A stretch of 64,000 nt of DNA from Candidatus Bathyarchaeota archaeon. GTDB taxonomy: Archaea; Thermoproteota; Bathyarchaeia; Bathyarchaeales; Bathycorpusculaceae. The position numbers and the translations under genes are program-made. The notes below the pieces were generated by a model. That model worked only from the letters and a program-made list of their open reading frames with translations. It was not told the origin of the DNA and searched no databases. Shown here in pieces: positions 30,019 to 40,999 of the stretch. Every line of letters starts with the position of its first letter. Position 1 is the stretch's first letter. The DNA lies in the NCBI GenBank assembly GCA_963720565.1, contig CAVRFW010000005.1, positions 160,001-224,000 on the forward strand, written 5' to 3'.

Positions 30019-31251
30019 ATGGAAAACAAAAAAATTGTGGTCAAGTTCGGGGGTTCATCTCTAGCCGATCATGAACGCTTACTGAAAGCTGTAACTGCGG
30101 TGGTTAATGAATCGCAGAAAGGTACGCAGATCGCTGTTGTCGTGTCGGCTATGGGCAAGACAACCGACACCCTGCTCAGCACTGCAAGAAACACAAGCAA
30201 TGGGAAACTCCAAAAACAAGAACTGGACGATATTCTGAGTATGGGTGAACGGACAAGCGTTCGCATTTTCGCCGCTGCATTGCGAAATAACGGCGCGGAC
30301 AGCTGCTACTTTGATCCAATGGATGAAAATTGGCCAATAATAACTGACGCAGCATTCTCCAACGCTAACCCGTTGTTAATGGAATGTAAGCGTAGAATTC
30401 GGGAAAACGTTTTGCCAGTCGTTGAGAAAGGCATTATTCCTGTGATAGCTGGTTTCGTCGGCAAGACTCAGGAAGGAAAGATTACCACGCTTGGCAGAGG
30501 TGGAAGCGACACAACTGCATTCATTATAGCAGAAGCACTTCACGCCGACGAAGTTGTCCTGGTGACAGATGCTGACGGAATAATGTCTGGTGACCCAAAA
30601 ATCATCACAGGGGCGAAACGTCTTGAGGCGATAGATGTGAGCACTCTTGTGGGTCTGGCTGATTCTGGGGCAAAGTTCGTCCACATTAAAGCCCTCAAAC
30701 ACAAACCTCCAGCCATAAATGTACGGGTAATCAACAGTCAACATGGGAACCTGTCGGAGCAAGGCACAATAATAACAGGCGGATTGTCCACTGAACTTGA
30801 CGTAAGCATGGCTTATTCCTCGCAAGTGGCCGAGATAACAGTTGTCGGCAACAACATTTCCGAAAACCCCCAGATTGTTCAGGAAATGATGGAGAAAACC
30901 AAGAAGCACAACGCGTTGTTAGGCCTGTCCATGAACCAGAACAGCATTATACTCTACCTCGCGGAAGTAGAAGCCACAAACCAACTCGTCAACGACATTC
31001 ATCAAACAGTACTTAAAAACAAGGAGAATATAGCAATGGCAGTTAAGAAGAACCTCGCCTACTTCCGAATCAGCGGAGTCGGATTAGAAGAAACACATGG
31101 CATAATAGGAAAAATTAGCGAAACCTTACGCCTCAACAACATAAACATTTCCGGAATACTCACAATTACATCCAGCATACTCATATTCGTAGATTGGAGC
31201 GAAAAAGAGAAAGTGCTTAACCTCATCAGAAACGCGCTCAAAACCCACTAA
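30019..31251 (+). CDS. lysC: Aspartate kinase
   Basis: VVKFGGSS, VVVSAMGKTTD, SMGER, TLGRGGSDTTA, C-terminal ACT domains. Confidence 0.95.
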   Translation: MENKKIVVKFGGSSLADHERLLKAVTAVVNESQKGTQIAVVVSAMGKTTDTLLSTARNTSNGKLQKQELDDILSMGERTSVRIFAAALRNNGADSCYFDPMDENWPIITDAAFSNANPLLMECKRRIRENVLPVVEKGIIPVIAGFVGKTQEGKITTLGRGGSDTTAFIIAEALHADEVVLVTDADGIMSGDPKIITGAKRLEAIDVSTLVGLADSGAKFVHIKALKHKPPAINVRVINSQHGNLSEQGTIITGGLSTELDVSMAYSSQVAEITVVGNNISENPQIVQEMMEKTKKHNALLGLSMNQNSIILYLAEVEATNQLVNDIHQTVLKNKENIAMAVKKNLAYFRISGVGLEETHGIIGKISETLRLNNINISGILTITSSILIFVDWSEKEKVLNLIRNALKTH

Positions 31252-31259
31252 CAACGGAG

Positions 31260-32060
31260 ATGAAAAGAATGAACCAAGGAAAAACAAGAAGAATGAAACG
31301 CATAATGAACGAGGATCACTGCACGGTCATCGTTCCAATGGACCACGGGGTCACAATAGGACCCGTAAAAGGCATCGAAAACATGCAAACCATAGTCCAA
31401 CAACTTGTCAACGGCGGAGCCGACGCCATACTAGTCCACAAAGGCATCGCCAAACACGTCGACACAAAAGACTCAGGATTAATAGTTCAACTCTCTGCCT
31501 CCTCAAACTTGAGTTCAAATCCCAACACCAAAGTTCAAGTCTGCACCGTCAGAGAAGCCATCCGCCTGGGCGCAGATGCTGTGTCAGTACACATCAATGT
31601 TGGGGCGCAAGACGAAGACAAAATGCTTCAAACACTGGGTAAAGTTGCTAACGAATGTGACATCTACGGTATTCCACTCTTGGCAATGATGTATCCAAGA
31701 GGGCCGAAAATACAAGACGAACATGCCGTTGACGTGGTGGCGCATGCCGCTAGAATAGGTGCAGAACTTGGTGCAGACATTATCAAAGCAAACTACACAG
31801 GAAACATGGAAACATTCAGAAAGGTTGTCGAAAGCTGCCCAGTTCCAGTGGTTATTGCAGGCGGCCCCAAATCCAAGACAGCAAAAGAAATCCTGCAAAC
31901 GGCACACGAATCGCACAAGGCTGGAAGTGCTGGACTCTCGATTGGACGAAACGTGTTCCAACATGAAAACCCAACCCTGATGGTTAAAGCCCTCTGCGCT
32001 ATTGTTCATAGAGATGCTTCTGTTGAACAAGCTTTGAGAATCCTCGGTGAAAGCCATTGA
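31260..32060 (+). CDS. 2-amino-3,7-dideoxy-D-threo-hept-6-ulosonate (ADH) synthase, AroA'
   Basis: Class I aldolase: [28 protein letters not shown]; adjacent to DHQ synthase II. Confidence 0.92.
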   Translation: MKRMNQGKTRRMKRIMNEDHCTVIVPMDHGVTIGPVKGIENMQTIVQQLVNGGADAILVHKGIAKHVDTKDSGLIVQLSASSNLSSNPNTKVQVCTVREAIRLGADAVSVHINVGAQDEDKMLQTLGKVANECDIYGIPLLAMMYPRGPKIQDEHAVDVVAHAARIGAELGADIIKANYTGNMETFRKVVESCPVPVVIAGGPKSKTAKEILQTAHESHKAGSAGLSIGRNVFQHENPTLMVKALCAIVHRDASVEQALRILGESH

Positions 32061-33097
32061 AGGAACTCTGGCTTGAAATAGCTACAGGCGCCTCTCTTCC
32101 AGAAAAAGCAAGCCTCCTTAAACTTGCCTCTCAAAACTGCGACTTCATAATAGAAAACGAGACAGCGATTAGTCAACAAGGCAAAAGCAACATTACAATT
32201 CTAAAGGACTTAGACACCGCTGGAATCACCAAGCTGATGCGAGACGGAAAACAGTTTGCTCTTAGAATAACCATAGGCGGAAAAGAAGACGAGAACACAG
32301 CAGTCAAAGCAGCCGAACTACGAACAGACTACATCATAATCAACTGCCTTGATTGGCGTGTAATTCCCTTGGAAAACATAATTGCCCGAACACGCGGCAA
32401 AAGCAGACTAATCTCAGAAGCGACAAATGCGGAAGAAGCCAAACTCGTCTTGGAAACGCTGGAGTTAGGAACAGAAGGTGTCCTGCTTAAGACGTCCGAC
32501 CCTGAAGAGCTTACGAAAACTATCGCTACCGTCAAGAAGCAAAACCTCCAAGTTGAAATGACACCCGCCAAAATAACCACAATTAGGCAAATCAGCACTG
32601 GCGCACGAGTCTGCGTCGACACATGCGACATGATGGCACCTGGCGAAGGAATTTTGGTTGGTTGCCAATCAGCGGGTTTCTTTCTCGTAGAGGCAGAAGT
32701 GCACGAAAACCCCTACGTACAATCGCGGCCTTTCAGAGTCAATGCTGGCTCTCTATCCATGTATACTCTGGGACCTCAACAACAAACTCGTTATCTTTCA
32801 GAGCTGAAATCCGGTGACGAAGTCCTCATAGTCAACAGAAAAGGAGTTTTGAGGACAGCTAATGTCGGAAGAGCAAAAATCGAAATGAGGCCTCTAATTC
32901 TAATAGAAGCGGACGCTCAAGGTACAATGATAAAAACTATCCTACAAAACGCAGAAACCATTCGCTTGGTGACACCTGACAGTTCAAAGCCAGTGACAGA
33001 ATTGAAAGAAAGTGATGAAGTAATGGTGCACGTAGCTGCAAAAGGCGGCAGGCACTTCGGTATAGCTGTACCAGACGAAACGGTGATTGAAAGGTGA
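32057..33097 (+). CDS. 3-dehydroquinate synthase II, AroB'
   Basis: DWRVIPLEN, RVCVDT, RPFRVNAG, GRAKIEMRPL, LQNAETI, RHFG. Confidence 0.95.
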   Translation: MKELWLEIATGASLPEKASLLKLASQNCDFIIENETAISQQGKSNITILKDLDTAGITKLMRDGKQFALRITIGGKEDENTAVKAAELRTDYIIINCLDWRVIPLENIIARTRGKSRLISEATNAEEAKLVLETLELGTEGVLLKTSDPEELTKTIATVKKQNLQVEMTPAKITTIRQISTGARVCVDTCDMMAPGEGILVGCQSAGFFLVEAEVHENPYVQSRPFRVNAGSLSMYTLGPQQQTRYLSELKSGDEVLIVNRKGVLRTANVGRAKIEMRPLILIEADAQGTMIKTILQNAETIRLVTPDSSKPVTELKESDEVMVHVAAKGGRHFGIAVPDETVIER

Positions 33098-33780
33098 CAG
33101 CTAGAATAGCTGTTTCGATTCTACCCAAAACTATGCAAGAAGCACTGCAACTGATTGAAAAAGCAGAAAACGCACACGCTGACTTGATTGAAGTCAGACT
33201 TGACTGTCTAGGGAATCACATTGAACTTGCTGACTTGGCCGCTCACGGCAAAACACCGAAAATAGCCACAAACAGGATGACCAGCGTGCACGGAGTCTTG
33301 CCTGTGTCTGAGGCCGAACAGAGGAAAATGTTGCTTAATGCTGCTAAGAGCGGGTTTGAATTCGTGGATATAGACTTGTCTGGCACAAAGGTTAGAGAAC
33401 TGGTTAGCGAAGTAAAAGCGAGAGGAGCCAAATCCATAGTGTCCTTTCACGATTTCTCCGGCACCCCAAGCCTTTCAGAGTTGAAAAGAATCTTTCAAAA
33501 GGAAATTAACAGCAGAGCTGACGTTTGCAAAATCGTAACCACTGCAAAGCGTATGGAGGACAATTTGACAGTTCTGGATTTCACATCAAGTGCCTCTGCC
33601 TCGGGCAAGTCAAAAATAGTGTGTTTCGCCATGGACGAGTTGGGTAAGGTTTCTAGATTGTTGTCACCCTTGTTCGGCGGTTTCTTCACCTTTGCTTCGC
33701 TCGAGCACGGTAGCGAAACAGCTTCTGGACAGATGAGCATTCAAGAAATGAGAGCAGGTTACGAATTGTTGGGGCTATAG
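33094..33780 (+). CDS. aroD: Type I 3-dehydroquinate dehydratase
   Basis: IEVRLD, IATNR, VSFHDF, KIV, SRLL, TASGQ. Confidence 0.92.
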   Translation: MTARIAVSILPKTMQEALQLIEKAENAHADLIEVRLDCLGNHIELADLAAHGKTPKIATNRMTSVHGVLPVSEAEQRKMLLNAAKSGFEFVDIDLSGTKVRELVSEVKARGAKSIVSFHDFSGTPSLSELKRIFQKEINSRADVCKIVTTAKRMEDNLTVLDFTSSASASGKSKIVCFAMDELGKVSRLLSPLFGGFFTFASLEHGSETASGQMSIQEMRAGYELLGL

Positions 33781-33784
33781 TGAA

Positions 33785-34654
33785 ATGTCAATTTCAGGAA
33801 AAACAAGAGTGTGTGGGGTAATTGGCGACCCGATATCCCACACTCTAAGCCCGATAATCCATAATGCGGCTTTCAGCCACCTGAAACTCGATTTCGTCTA
33901 TTTAGCTTTCGATGTAAAACCATCTGAATTAGAAAATGCCCTGCATGGCATCAAGGGCTTACGTATTCACGGGTTGAATGTTACGATGCCGCATAAGAAA
34001 GCAGTCCTTCGCTTCTTAGATGAAGTCGATCAGACTGCGAAGTTTTTGGGTGTGGTCAACACAATCCTCAACAAGAAAGGGCGACTTTGCGGCTTCAACA
34101 CCGACGGCTTTGGTGCCTTGCGGGCTCTCAAAGAAAACAGCTTTGATTTATCAGGAAAAAAAGCGCTTCTGCTCGGAGCAGGTGGTGCAGCAAAAGCCAT
34201 AGCGTTGTCTCTTGCTGAAGAGGTTGAGGAGCTCACTCTCCTAAACAGGACCTTAGAAAAAGTAAGGGACCTGGAGGAGAAGTTGAATCAGCACTTTGGC
34301 GAGAGAGTCAGATCAGACACCCTTTCGCCAGGAAATGTCAAGAAGTATCTTCGAGCTTCAGATATTCTCGTCAATGCAACATCCGTAGGTATGTATCCCA
34401 ATCTTAGCCAAAGCATAGTGCCCCCGGAAATCTTAAGGCCTGATTTAGTCGTAATGGACATAGTCTACAATCCCGTTGAAACAGAACTTGTCGAAAACGC
34501 CAGAGCTGCAGGAGCTAGGGTAATCACTGGAGTGGAGATGCTCATTCATCAAGGTGCAGCATCTTTTGAAATCTGGACAGGTTGCCCAGCGCCAGTGGAT
34601 GTCATGCGAAAAGCAGCCCTATGCAAACTCACAAGTTTAGGTGAGAACAGATGA
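33785..34654 (+). CDS. aroE: Shikimate dehydrogenase
   Basis: GDPISHTLSP, NVTMPHK, NTDG, GAGGAA, NATSVGM, DIVYNP. Confidence 0.96.
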   Translation: MSISGKTRVCGVIGDPISHTLSPIIHNAAFSHLKLDFVYLAFDVKPSELENALHGIKGLRIHGLNVTMPHKKAVLRFLDEVDQTAKFLGVVNTILNKKGRLCGFNTDGFGALRALKENSFDLSGKKALLLGAGGAAKAIALSLAEEVEELTLLNRTLEKVRDLEEKLNQHFGERVRSDTLSPGNVKKYLRASDILVNATSVGMYPNLSQSIVPPEILRPDLVVMDIVYNPVETELVENARAAGARVITGVEMLIHQGAASFEIWTGCPAPVDVMRKAALCKLTSLGENR

Positions 34655-35520
34655 CTGGAAAAGCTGAGGCAATATCTCACGGTGCAGCAACTATCGTAAA
34701 TGCGATTGCTCTGGGGAAAGGCGCGGCTTTTGGGGTCGACCTTTGGACAAGGGCTGAAGTTAGATTAACCGAGGAGCCGCACATAATCACGGGAGAGATA
34801 ACTGAAGATCCTGGCGAAAGTACGACACTAATTGAAAGAACAGTAATGCGCGTTATAAGTCATTTCGGTCTGGAAAACCTTTTTGGAGCCAAGGTCAAAA
34901 CTCGATCCAACATACCCATTGCTAGAGGCTTGAAGAGCAGCAGTTCAGCAGCAAATGCCGTAGCCTTAGCGACTGTTGCAGCTTTGGGTAAAACGCTGGA
35001 TGACCTTGCTATAGTGAATCTGGGAGTGGATGCTGCTTTTGAAGCAAAAGTCACTGTTACAGGAGCTTTTGACGACGCTTGTGCTTCCTATTTCGGTGGC
35101 GCTGTTGTAACTGACAATCTGAAAAGAAAAATTGTTAAAAGCTCAACTATTCGCGATGATTTAACGGTTCTGTTTCATGTTCCATCCAGAAAAGCGTACA
35201 CAGGTAATTCTGACGTTGGCAGGCTGCAGACTGTTAAACCGCTCGTCAAGATAGCCTACAATGAAGCAAAGAACGGAAATTTCTGGGAGGCACTAACGCT
35301 TAATGGATTAATCTATTCAGCTACCTTGGGATATGACACTTCAGTAGCGTTAGATGCTCTAGCAGCTGGAGCATTGGCTGCCGGACTAAGCGGAAAAGGT
35401 CCTGCGATCACAGTCGTGGTTACCGAGGATAAAATTGATTCTGTCAGGGCAGCTCTGCAATGTCATGAAGGCGAAGTACTGAATACCCGATTGAACCGCG
35501 AGAAGGCGAAGGTACTCTAA
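34651..35520 (+). CDS. aroK: Archaeal (GHMP) shikimate kinase
   Basis: IPIARGLKSSS, TGAFDDACAS, GLSGKGP. Confidence 0.93.
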   Translation: MTGKAEAISHGAATIVNAIALGKGAAFGVDLWTRAEVRLTEEPHIITGEITEDPGESTTLIERTVMRVISHFGLENLFGAKVKTRSNIPIARGLKSSSSAANAVALATVAALGKTLDDLAIVNLGVDAAFEAKVTVTGAFDDACASYFGGAVVTDNLKRKIVKSSTIRDDLTVLFHVPSRKAYTGNSDVGRLQTVKPLVKIAYNEAKNGNFWEALTLNGLIYSATLGYDTSVALDALAAGALAAGLSGKGPAITVVVTEDKIDSVRAALQCHEGEVLNTRLNREKAKVL

Positions 35521-35522
35521 CT

Positions 35523-36827
35523 ATGACGGAGATTGTGGTTAGAAAGACCTGTAGTCTAGAAGGCGAAGTACGGGCGCCGTCGTCTAAGGCTTATACTCAG
35601 AGGATGCTAATAGCGACTGCATTGTCCAGAGGAACTTCGAAAATTCTGCAACCGTTAATTTCCGACGATATTCAAGCTACTCTTCGGGCAGTGGAGGGTT
35701 TAGGAGCTAAAGTGACTCGGTCAAAGGACTGCTGGAAGGTCAAGGGTTCACAACCAGTTGGAAACGCAACAAATCCTATTGACTGCGGCGAGTCCGGAGC
35801 AACACTGCGGTTTATGATTCCTGTAGCAGCGTTAGCAGCCAAACCTTCGGTGTTCACTTTTAAGCCCTCTCTGGCAAAGAGGCCCATAGAGCCACTGTTT
35901 GAAAGCCTTAAACAATTGGGGGCTGAAGTTCATTTTCAAAGCAAAGCCAACAAAGAATCCATTGTTGTCCAAGGAGGCGGAATCTTGGGAGGAAAAACCA
36001 CTGTCCCCGGCGACATAAGTTCTCAGTTTATATCAGGATTAATGTTCGCTTGTCCAATGGCCTGGAAAGAAACTGAAATCACACTCAGTACGCCGCTTGA
36101 GTCTCGAGGCTACGTCAAAATGACCGAATCGGTCCTCGGCCAACATGGAATCAAAGTATCAATATCCGATAATTTTGGACACTTTAGCATACCGCCAAAT
36201 CAAACCTATAAAACCTGTGACCACATTGTGCCCGGAGACTTTTCTTCAGCAGCATTTCTCTTGGCAGCTGCTTCCATAATCCCTTCAAAAATACAAGTGA
36301 ATAATCTTGACTATGCGATAATTCAGGGAGACAAGGTAATTCTGGAGATCCTCAAGAAGATGGGCATAAAGGTCAATGTCTGTTCTGATAGCGTTGCCAT
36401 AGAGGAAACGGATGGATTGCTTGAAGCCTTTGAAGTTGACGCGACAGATATTCCTGACCTTGTTCCAGTCCTTGTTGTCCTAGCATGTTATGCGAAAGGC
36501 ACCTCTAGAATTAGCGGTGCGCGTAGACTGCAATATAAGGAGTCCAACAGATTGTTATCGCTTTATCTTGAGTTGAAAAAGATGGGTGCTGAAATAGAGA
36601 TGAACGAAAGCAGCTTAACAGTTAAAGGAAGTTGCTCGCTACATGGTGCGGTGATTGATCCTCATAATGATCACCGTATTGCTATGGCATGCGCAATTGC
36701 CGCCTTGGGCGCTAGTGGAGAAACGATGATTCAGAATGCTGAGTGCGTGAGAAAGTCTTATCCGAGGTTCTTTACTGATTTACAGGCATTGGGGGCTGAT
36801 GTCGTTGGGTGGAAACTCGATAGGTAA
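35523..36827 (+). CDS. aroA: EPSP synthase
   Basis: PSSK, CGESGATLRF, ISSQFISG, KESNR, DHRIAM, KSYPRF. Confidence 0.96.
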   Translation: MTEIVVRKTCSLEGEVRAPSSKAYTQRMLIATALSRGTSKILQPLISDDIQATLRAVEGLGAKVTRSKDCWKVKGSQPVGNATNPIDCGESGATLRFMIPVAALAAKPSVFTFKPSLAKRPIEPLFESLKQLGAEVHFQSKANKESIVVQGGGILGGKTTVPGDISSQFISGLMFACPMAWKETEITLSTPLESRGYVKMTESVLGQHGIKVSISDNFGHFSIPPNQTYKTCDHIVPGDFSSAAFLLAAASIIPSKIQVNNLDYAIIQGDKVILEILKKMGIKVNVCSDSVAIEETDGLLEAFEVDATDIPDLVPVLVVLACYAKGTSRISGARRLQYKESNRLLSLYLELKKMGAEIEMNESSLTVKGSCSLHGAVIDPHNDHRIAMACAIAALGASGETMIQNAECVRKSYPRFFTDLQALGADVVGWKLDR

Positions 36828-37911
36828 AGAATTCACAGTTACTTCTTTCGGCGAGAGCCACGGCAAATGCGTAGGAGTCGTCGTGGACGGTTGCCCAGCT
36901 GGGCTTTCTCTTTCGGAAAAGGATGTGCAAATCGAACTAGATAGAAGAATCCCGCTCGATTCCAAAATCGTTTCAGGAAGGATTGAGAAAGATACGGCGA
37001 CAATTCTCTCAGGTGTTTTCAACGGTTTGACCACTGGGGCACCAATCAGCATTGTGGTCGAGAACAAGGAAGCTCATCCCAGCGACTACGAAGGTATCAA
37101 AGATTTGCCCAGACCGGCACATGCTGACTACACTGCCGGTGTAAAGTACGGTCGGTTTAATGATTATCGTGGTGGGGGGCGCTTTTCAGGCAGGGTTACC
37201 GTTGCACTGATTATGGCTGGCGCCATTGCAAAGAAACTGTTACGCACGGTTAATGTCGATGTTTTAGCTTACACGAAAGCAGTAGGCAAGCTGAAAATGG
37301 GTGAAAGCCCAAACTTCGAGGAGATTCGTAAACACAAGTACGATACAGCGGTCCGATGTCCTAACTTAGCATATGCCGAAAAGATGGAAAAAGCAATAAT
37401 TCAAGCAAAAAAAGAAGGTGACAGTCTAGGCGGAATAATCGAGTGCATCGCGGAAAATGTTCCAGCAGGAGTTGGCGATCCACTGTTTGATTCTTTAGAT
37501 GCTGACATTGCCAAAATGTTGTTTTGTGTTCCAGCTGTCAAAGGTGTTGAGTTCGGAGCAGGATTTAAGGCTGCAGAGTTGAAGGGTTCGGAAAATAACG
37601 ACGCTTTCCAGCTACAGGGCGGTAGGGTGACCACTTTATCAAATAACGCGGGAGGTATTCTAGGTGGCATATCCTCCGGGATGCCCCTCATTGTCAGGGT
37701 AGCCGTCAAACCCACACCATCTATTAGCAAAGAGCAAAAAACCGTCAATCTGCAAAACATGAAAAACACCACGGTAACAGTGGAGGGTAGACATGATCCC
37801 TGCGTTGTTCCAAAAGCAGTACCTGTTGTAGAAGCTGCTGTTGCAGTTGTTCTCGCAGACCACATGATTCGTGCGGGTTTCATATCCAAGATTTTAGACG
37901 GGCGGAAATAA
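36799..37911 (+). CDS. aroC: Chorismate synthase
   Basis: FGESHG, PRPAHAD, GGGRFSGR, KPTPSI, RHDPC; the true start may be a few codons downstream. Confidence 0.96.
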   Translation: MSLGGNSIGKEFTVTSFGESHGKCVGVVVDGCPAGLSLSEKDVQIELDRRIPLDSKIVSGRIEKDTATILSGVFNGLTTGAPISIVVENKEAHPSDYEGIKDLPRPAHADYTAGVKYGRFNDYRGGGRFSGRVTVALIMAGAIAKKLLRTVNVDVLAYTKAVGKLKMGESPNFEEIRKHKYDTAVRCPNLAYAEKMEKAIIQAKKEGDSLGGIIECIAENVPAGVGDPLFDSLDADIAKMLFCVPAVKGVEFGAGFKAAELKGSENNDAFQLQGGRVTTLSNNAGGILGGISSGMPLIVRVAVKPTPSISKEQKTVNLQNMKNTTVTVEGRHDPCVVPKAVPVVEAAVAVVLADHMIRAGFISKILDGRK

Positions 37912-38169
37912 ATGGAAGACATAGCGAAATTGAGAAAAAGAATCGACAAAGTAGACGAGCAAATCTTGCATTCCTTGAGCGATAGAATAAAGATCTGTAG
38001 GTCAATTGGTTTGTTGAAGAAGAAACAGGGCTTATCTATTAAGGATCAGCAGAGAGAAACCGATCTTTGCGAGAAGATTAAGAAAAGGGCGGTTGAACTA
38101 AATCTAGACCCAGCGAGGGTAGAGGAAATATATCGGCAGATAGTTGAAATGTGCATTTCTGTTCAATGA
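37912..38169 (+). CDS. Chorismate mutase (AroQ type)
   Basis: LRKRIDKVD...R...IG..K......D..RE pattern. Confidence 0.9.
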   Translation: MEDIAKLRKRIDKVDEQILHSLSDRIKICRSIGLLKKKQGLSIKDQQRETDLCEKIKKRAVELNLDPARVEEIYRQIVEMCISVQ

Positions 38170-38182
38170 CCGGAATGGATGA

Positions 38183-39265
38183 TTGACAAGCATGCTGTAT
38201 GAAATAAACGAAAAAGCTCTCAAACTTGAGAGCGAAGGAAAAAAGATAATTCGGTTGAACATAGGCGACCCTGACCTGTCAACTTCGAACGAGATAATTG
38301 AGGCTGCTTACGAAGCGATGAAGAAAGGAAAAACCAAGTATTCTTCCAGTTACGGCGAGACGAAACTAAGGGAAAAACTTGCTGAAATTCATCATGTTTC
38401 ACCTGATCAGGTTGTGATTACTCCAGGCTCGAAATGGGGCGTTTTCGCTACCATGTATCTAGCGTTGCGGGACGGCGGAAACGTCATCGTTCCCACGCCT
38501 TACTGGACAGCATACGAGTTGACAGCTAAGAGTTTAGGTGCCAAGACTAAACTGTTGAGGACCGAGTTTGATTCCCAATGGCAAATTGACTTGGAAAAGC
38601 TTGAGGATTTGATTGACGGGGAAACGCGGATGATAATTTTGAATAACCCCAACAATCCAACCAGCAAAGTCATGGCCCCCGAAATTTTGGATGGAATAGT
38701 CCAAATTGCCAACGACAAAGGTATCCCGATTCTTTCGGACGAAGTCTACGGCACCATAAGTTTTGTGAAGACTAAAAGCATTCTTGATTACGAAGGCAAC
38801 CACATTCTTTCAAACGGGTTCTCCAAGACGTTCACAATGACGGGTTGGCGACTCGGCTATATCATAGCCAGCAAAGAACTGGTCGACAAAATAACTAGAC
38901 TTAATCAAATCACAATTAGCAATGTTCCTGTCTTTATCCAAGAAGCAGGCTTGAAAGCTTTAGAGCTTCAGAAGCAAATCTCAACGAAAATCAGGGAAGA
39001 ATACCGGGAACGCGCGAAAATTGCGAGCAACATCATGTCTAAGACTGCTCTGGAATTTACAGAGCCCGAGGCTCCGTTCTATGTCTTCCCGAGAAAACGT
39101 GGTTTAGACTCAGAAAGATTCGTCTTGGACTTGTTAGATAAAGGTGTTGCAGTCGCCCCGGGTACGTCGTTTGGCGATTACAGAGAGCACTTCCGCATTT
39201 CTTTAACCGCACCGCGAGAAATGATTAAAACAGGTTTGAACAGGATCTGCGAGGCCCTGGAATGA
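38183..39265 (+). CDS. Class I/II PLP aminotransferase (probably aromatic)
   Basis: NNPNNPT, SDEVY, FSKTFTMTGWRLG; located within the aro operon. Confidence 0.9.
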   Translation: MTSMLYEINEKALKLESEGKKIIRLNIGDPDLSTSNEIIEAAYEAMKKGKTKYSSSYGETKLREKLAEIHHVSPDQVVITPGSKWGVFATMYLALRDGGNVIVPTPYWTAYELTAKSLGAKTKLLRTEFDSQWQIDLEKLEDLIDGETRMIILNNPNNPTSKVMAPEILDGIVQIANDKGIPILSDEVYGTISFVKTKSILDYEGNHILSNGFSKTFTMTGWRLGYIIASKELVDKITRLNQITISNVPVFIQEAGLKALELQKQISTKIREEYRERAKIASNIMSKTALEFTEPEAPFYVFPRKRGLDSERFVLDLLDKGVAVAPGTSFGDYREHFRISLTAPREMIKTGLNRICEALE

Positions 39266-40135
39266 AAATTGCGATTCTAGGCGCGGGGAAAATGGGTGTT
39301 TGGTTCGCCAGGTTCTTCCAAGAAGAAGGATATTCCGTGGTTTTGGCAGATAGAAACGAAAAAAAACTGGAGAGGTTGAAGGAGGAACTTGCTGTCCAAA
39401 CCGCCGGCTTTGTTGAAGCTGTTCAAAAAGCCGACTGGATTTTAATCTGCGTGTCCATGAACGCTTTTGAGAACTGTTGCCAAAACAATCGGCCCCCACA
39501 TAGTAAAGGGGCAAATTGTCATGGATATTTGCTCCGTCAAAGAAGAACCCGTTAAAATCATGCACAAACACATCGAAAAAGGCTTGGTTTTGGGGACTCA
39601 CCCTGTATTTGGTCCGGGCAGCAGCGGCGTCAAAAACAAGGCTTTCATTCTTACTCCAACAACAAGGCAAGAGGAAGAATTTGCCAAAGACTTCAAAATC
39701 TGGCTGGAAGCAAAAAAAGCACGTGTTTTCGTAGTCACTCCTCACAAGCATGACGAATTGATGTCGGTTGTTCTCGGTTTTCCACATTTCGCAGGATTAG
39801 TTGCGTGCGACACTCTGCTCGAAATGAAAGATTACCCTCAAACTAAGGATGTCGCTGGCACCACTTATCGAATGTTGTTCACTTTGGCGGAAGCGACTGC
39901 AATGGAAAACCCCGAGCTGTTTTCAAGTTTACAGTTTAGTCTTCCAGAGATGGAGAAGATAGAAAAATTGTTCATTGAAAAGGCGAACGAATGGTTAAAC
40001 CTGATAAAGCAGAAAGATTCTGGGGCAATTGCAGCCAAGATGAACGATTTGAAGTCAAAGCTTGCTAGAGCAAGTCCCAGCTACGAAAAGTCGTACGAGA
40101 CTATGTATAAGATGCTGGCGGCAGCTGAAAAATAG
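39262..40135 (+). CDS. tyrA: Prephenate dehydrogenase, frameshifted at about 39472
   Basis: GAGKMG Rossmann motif; DICSVK, HPVFGP, HDELMS after an apparent extra A. Confidence 0.9.
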
Positions 40136-40144
40136 CTGTTCAGA

Positions 40145-40999
40145 TTAAGCGTTTGGCGCCTTTGGATATGAACCCAAGATTTTGAGAAATGCCCCGTTCT
40201 TTTGAAGCGCTTTCAATGCTGCAGCACAGTTTTCTTCTGTTCTATGTCCTTCAAAATCCAAGTAGAAATTGTATTCCCACGCTTTCTGCTTCGTCGGTCT
40301 AGATTCGATTTTTGTGAGGTTTATGTTTCGCTTCGCAAATTCGCTCAAGGCTTGATATAGCGAACCCGGAGTGTGGGCAGCAGCAAAGATTATCGATGTC
40401 TTGTCTTTTCCTGTAATCGGAGAGTCTTCTTTTGACAATACAAAGAACCTAGTATGGTTTGTCGGGTTATCCTCAATTTCCCTGGATAGGATCTGCATTC
40501 CGTATATTTCAGCAGCTTTTGCACTGGCTACTGCTGCAGCGTTCCTTAGACCTTTCTCTTTTAACATTTTTACGCTGCCTGCAGTGTCGTAAGTCGGTAC
40601 AAGTTCGCTTCCTAGTCGCTCCAGAAAAATGCGGCATTGAGCCAAAGCTTGCGGGTGCGAATAGACCGTTTTTATGTCGGCTAATGTTACGCCGGGGTTT
40701 GCGATGAGGCAGTGGCTGACTCGGAGGATGATTTCTCCGCAGACTTTAAGGTCGTGTGTAAGGAAAAGGTCGTAGGTTTGATTGACGCTGCCTTCGAGGC
40801 TGTTCTCTATTGGAACTACGCCGAAGCGGGTTTCTTGTTTGCCAACGTTTTCAAAGACTTCTGTAAGATCTCGGCACGGTTTAACTTCTACCTTTTTTCC
40901 GAAAAAGGCGTAGACTGCGCTCTCGCTGAAAGCGCCTCTTTCTCCTTGGAAGGCCACTTTCACTTTTTGTTTCCCTGCTTTCGGTTTTTTATTAAGCAT
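40145..40999 (-). CDS. pheA: Prephenate dehydratase
   Basis: GAFS, PIENSLEG, SHPQALAQC, TRF, NLTKIESRP, LGSYP. Confidence 0.96.
   Translation of the reverse strand: MLNKKPKAGKQKVKVAFQGERGAFSESAVYAFFGKKVEVKPCRDLTEVFENVGKQETRFGVVPIENSLEGSVNQTYDLFLTHDLKVCGEIILRVSHCLIANPGVTLADIKTVYSHPQALAQCRIFLERLGSELVPTYDTAGSVKMLKEKGLRNAAAVASAKAAEIYGMQILSREIEDNPTNHTRFFVLSKEDSPITGKDKTSIIFAAAHTPGSLYQALSEFAKRNINLTKIESRPTKQKAWEYNFYLDFEGHRTEENCAAALKALQKNGAFLKILGSYPKAPNA

Noticed and set aside
39460..39485. Programmed frameshifting in tyrA
   Set aside because: No slippery heptamer or stimulatory structure; similar indels occur in unrelated genes
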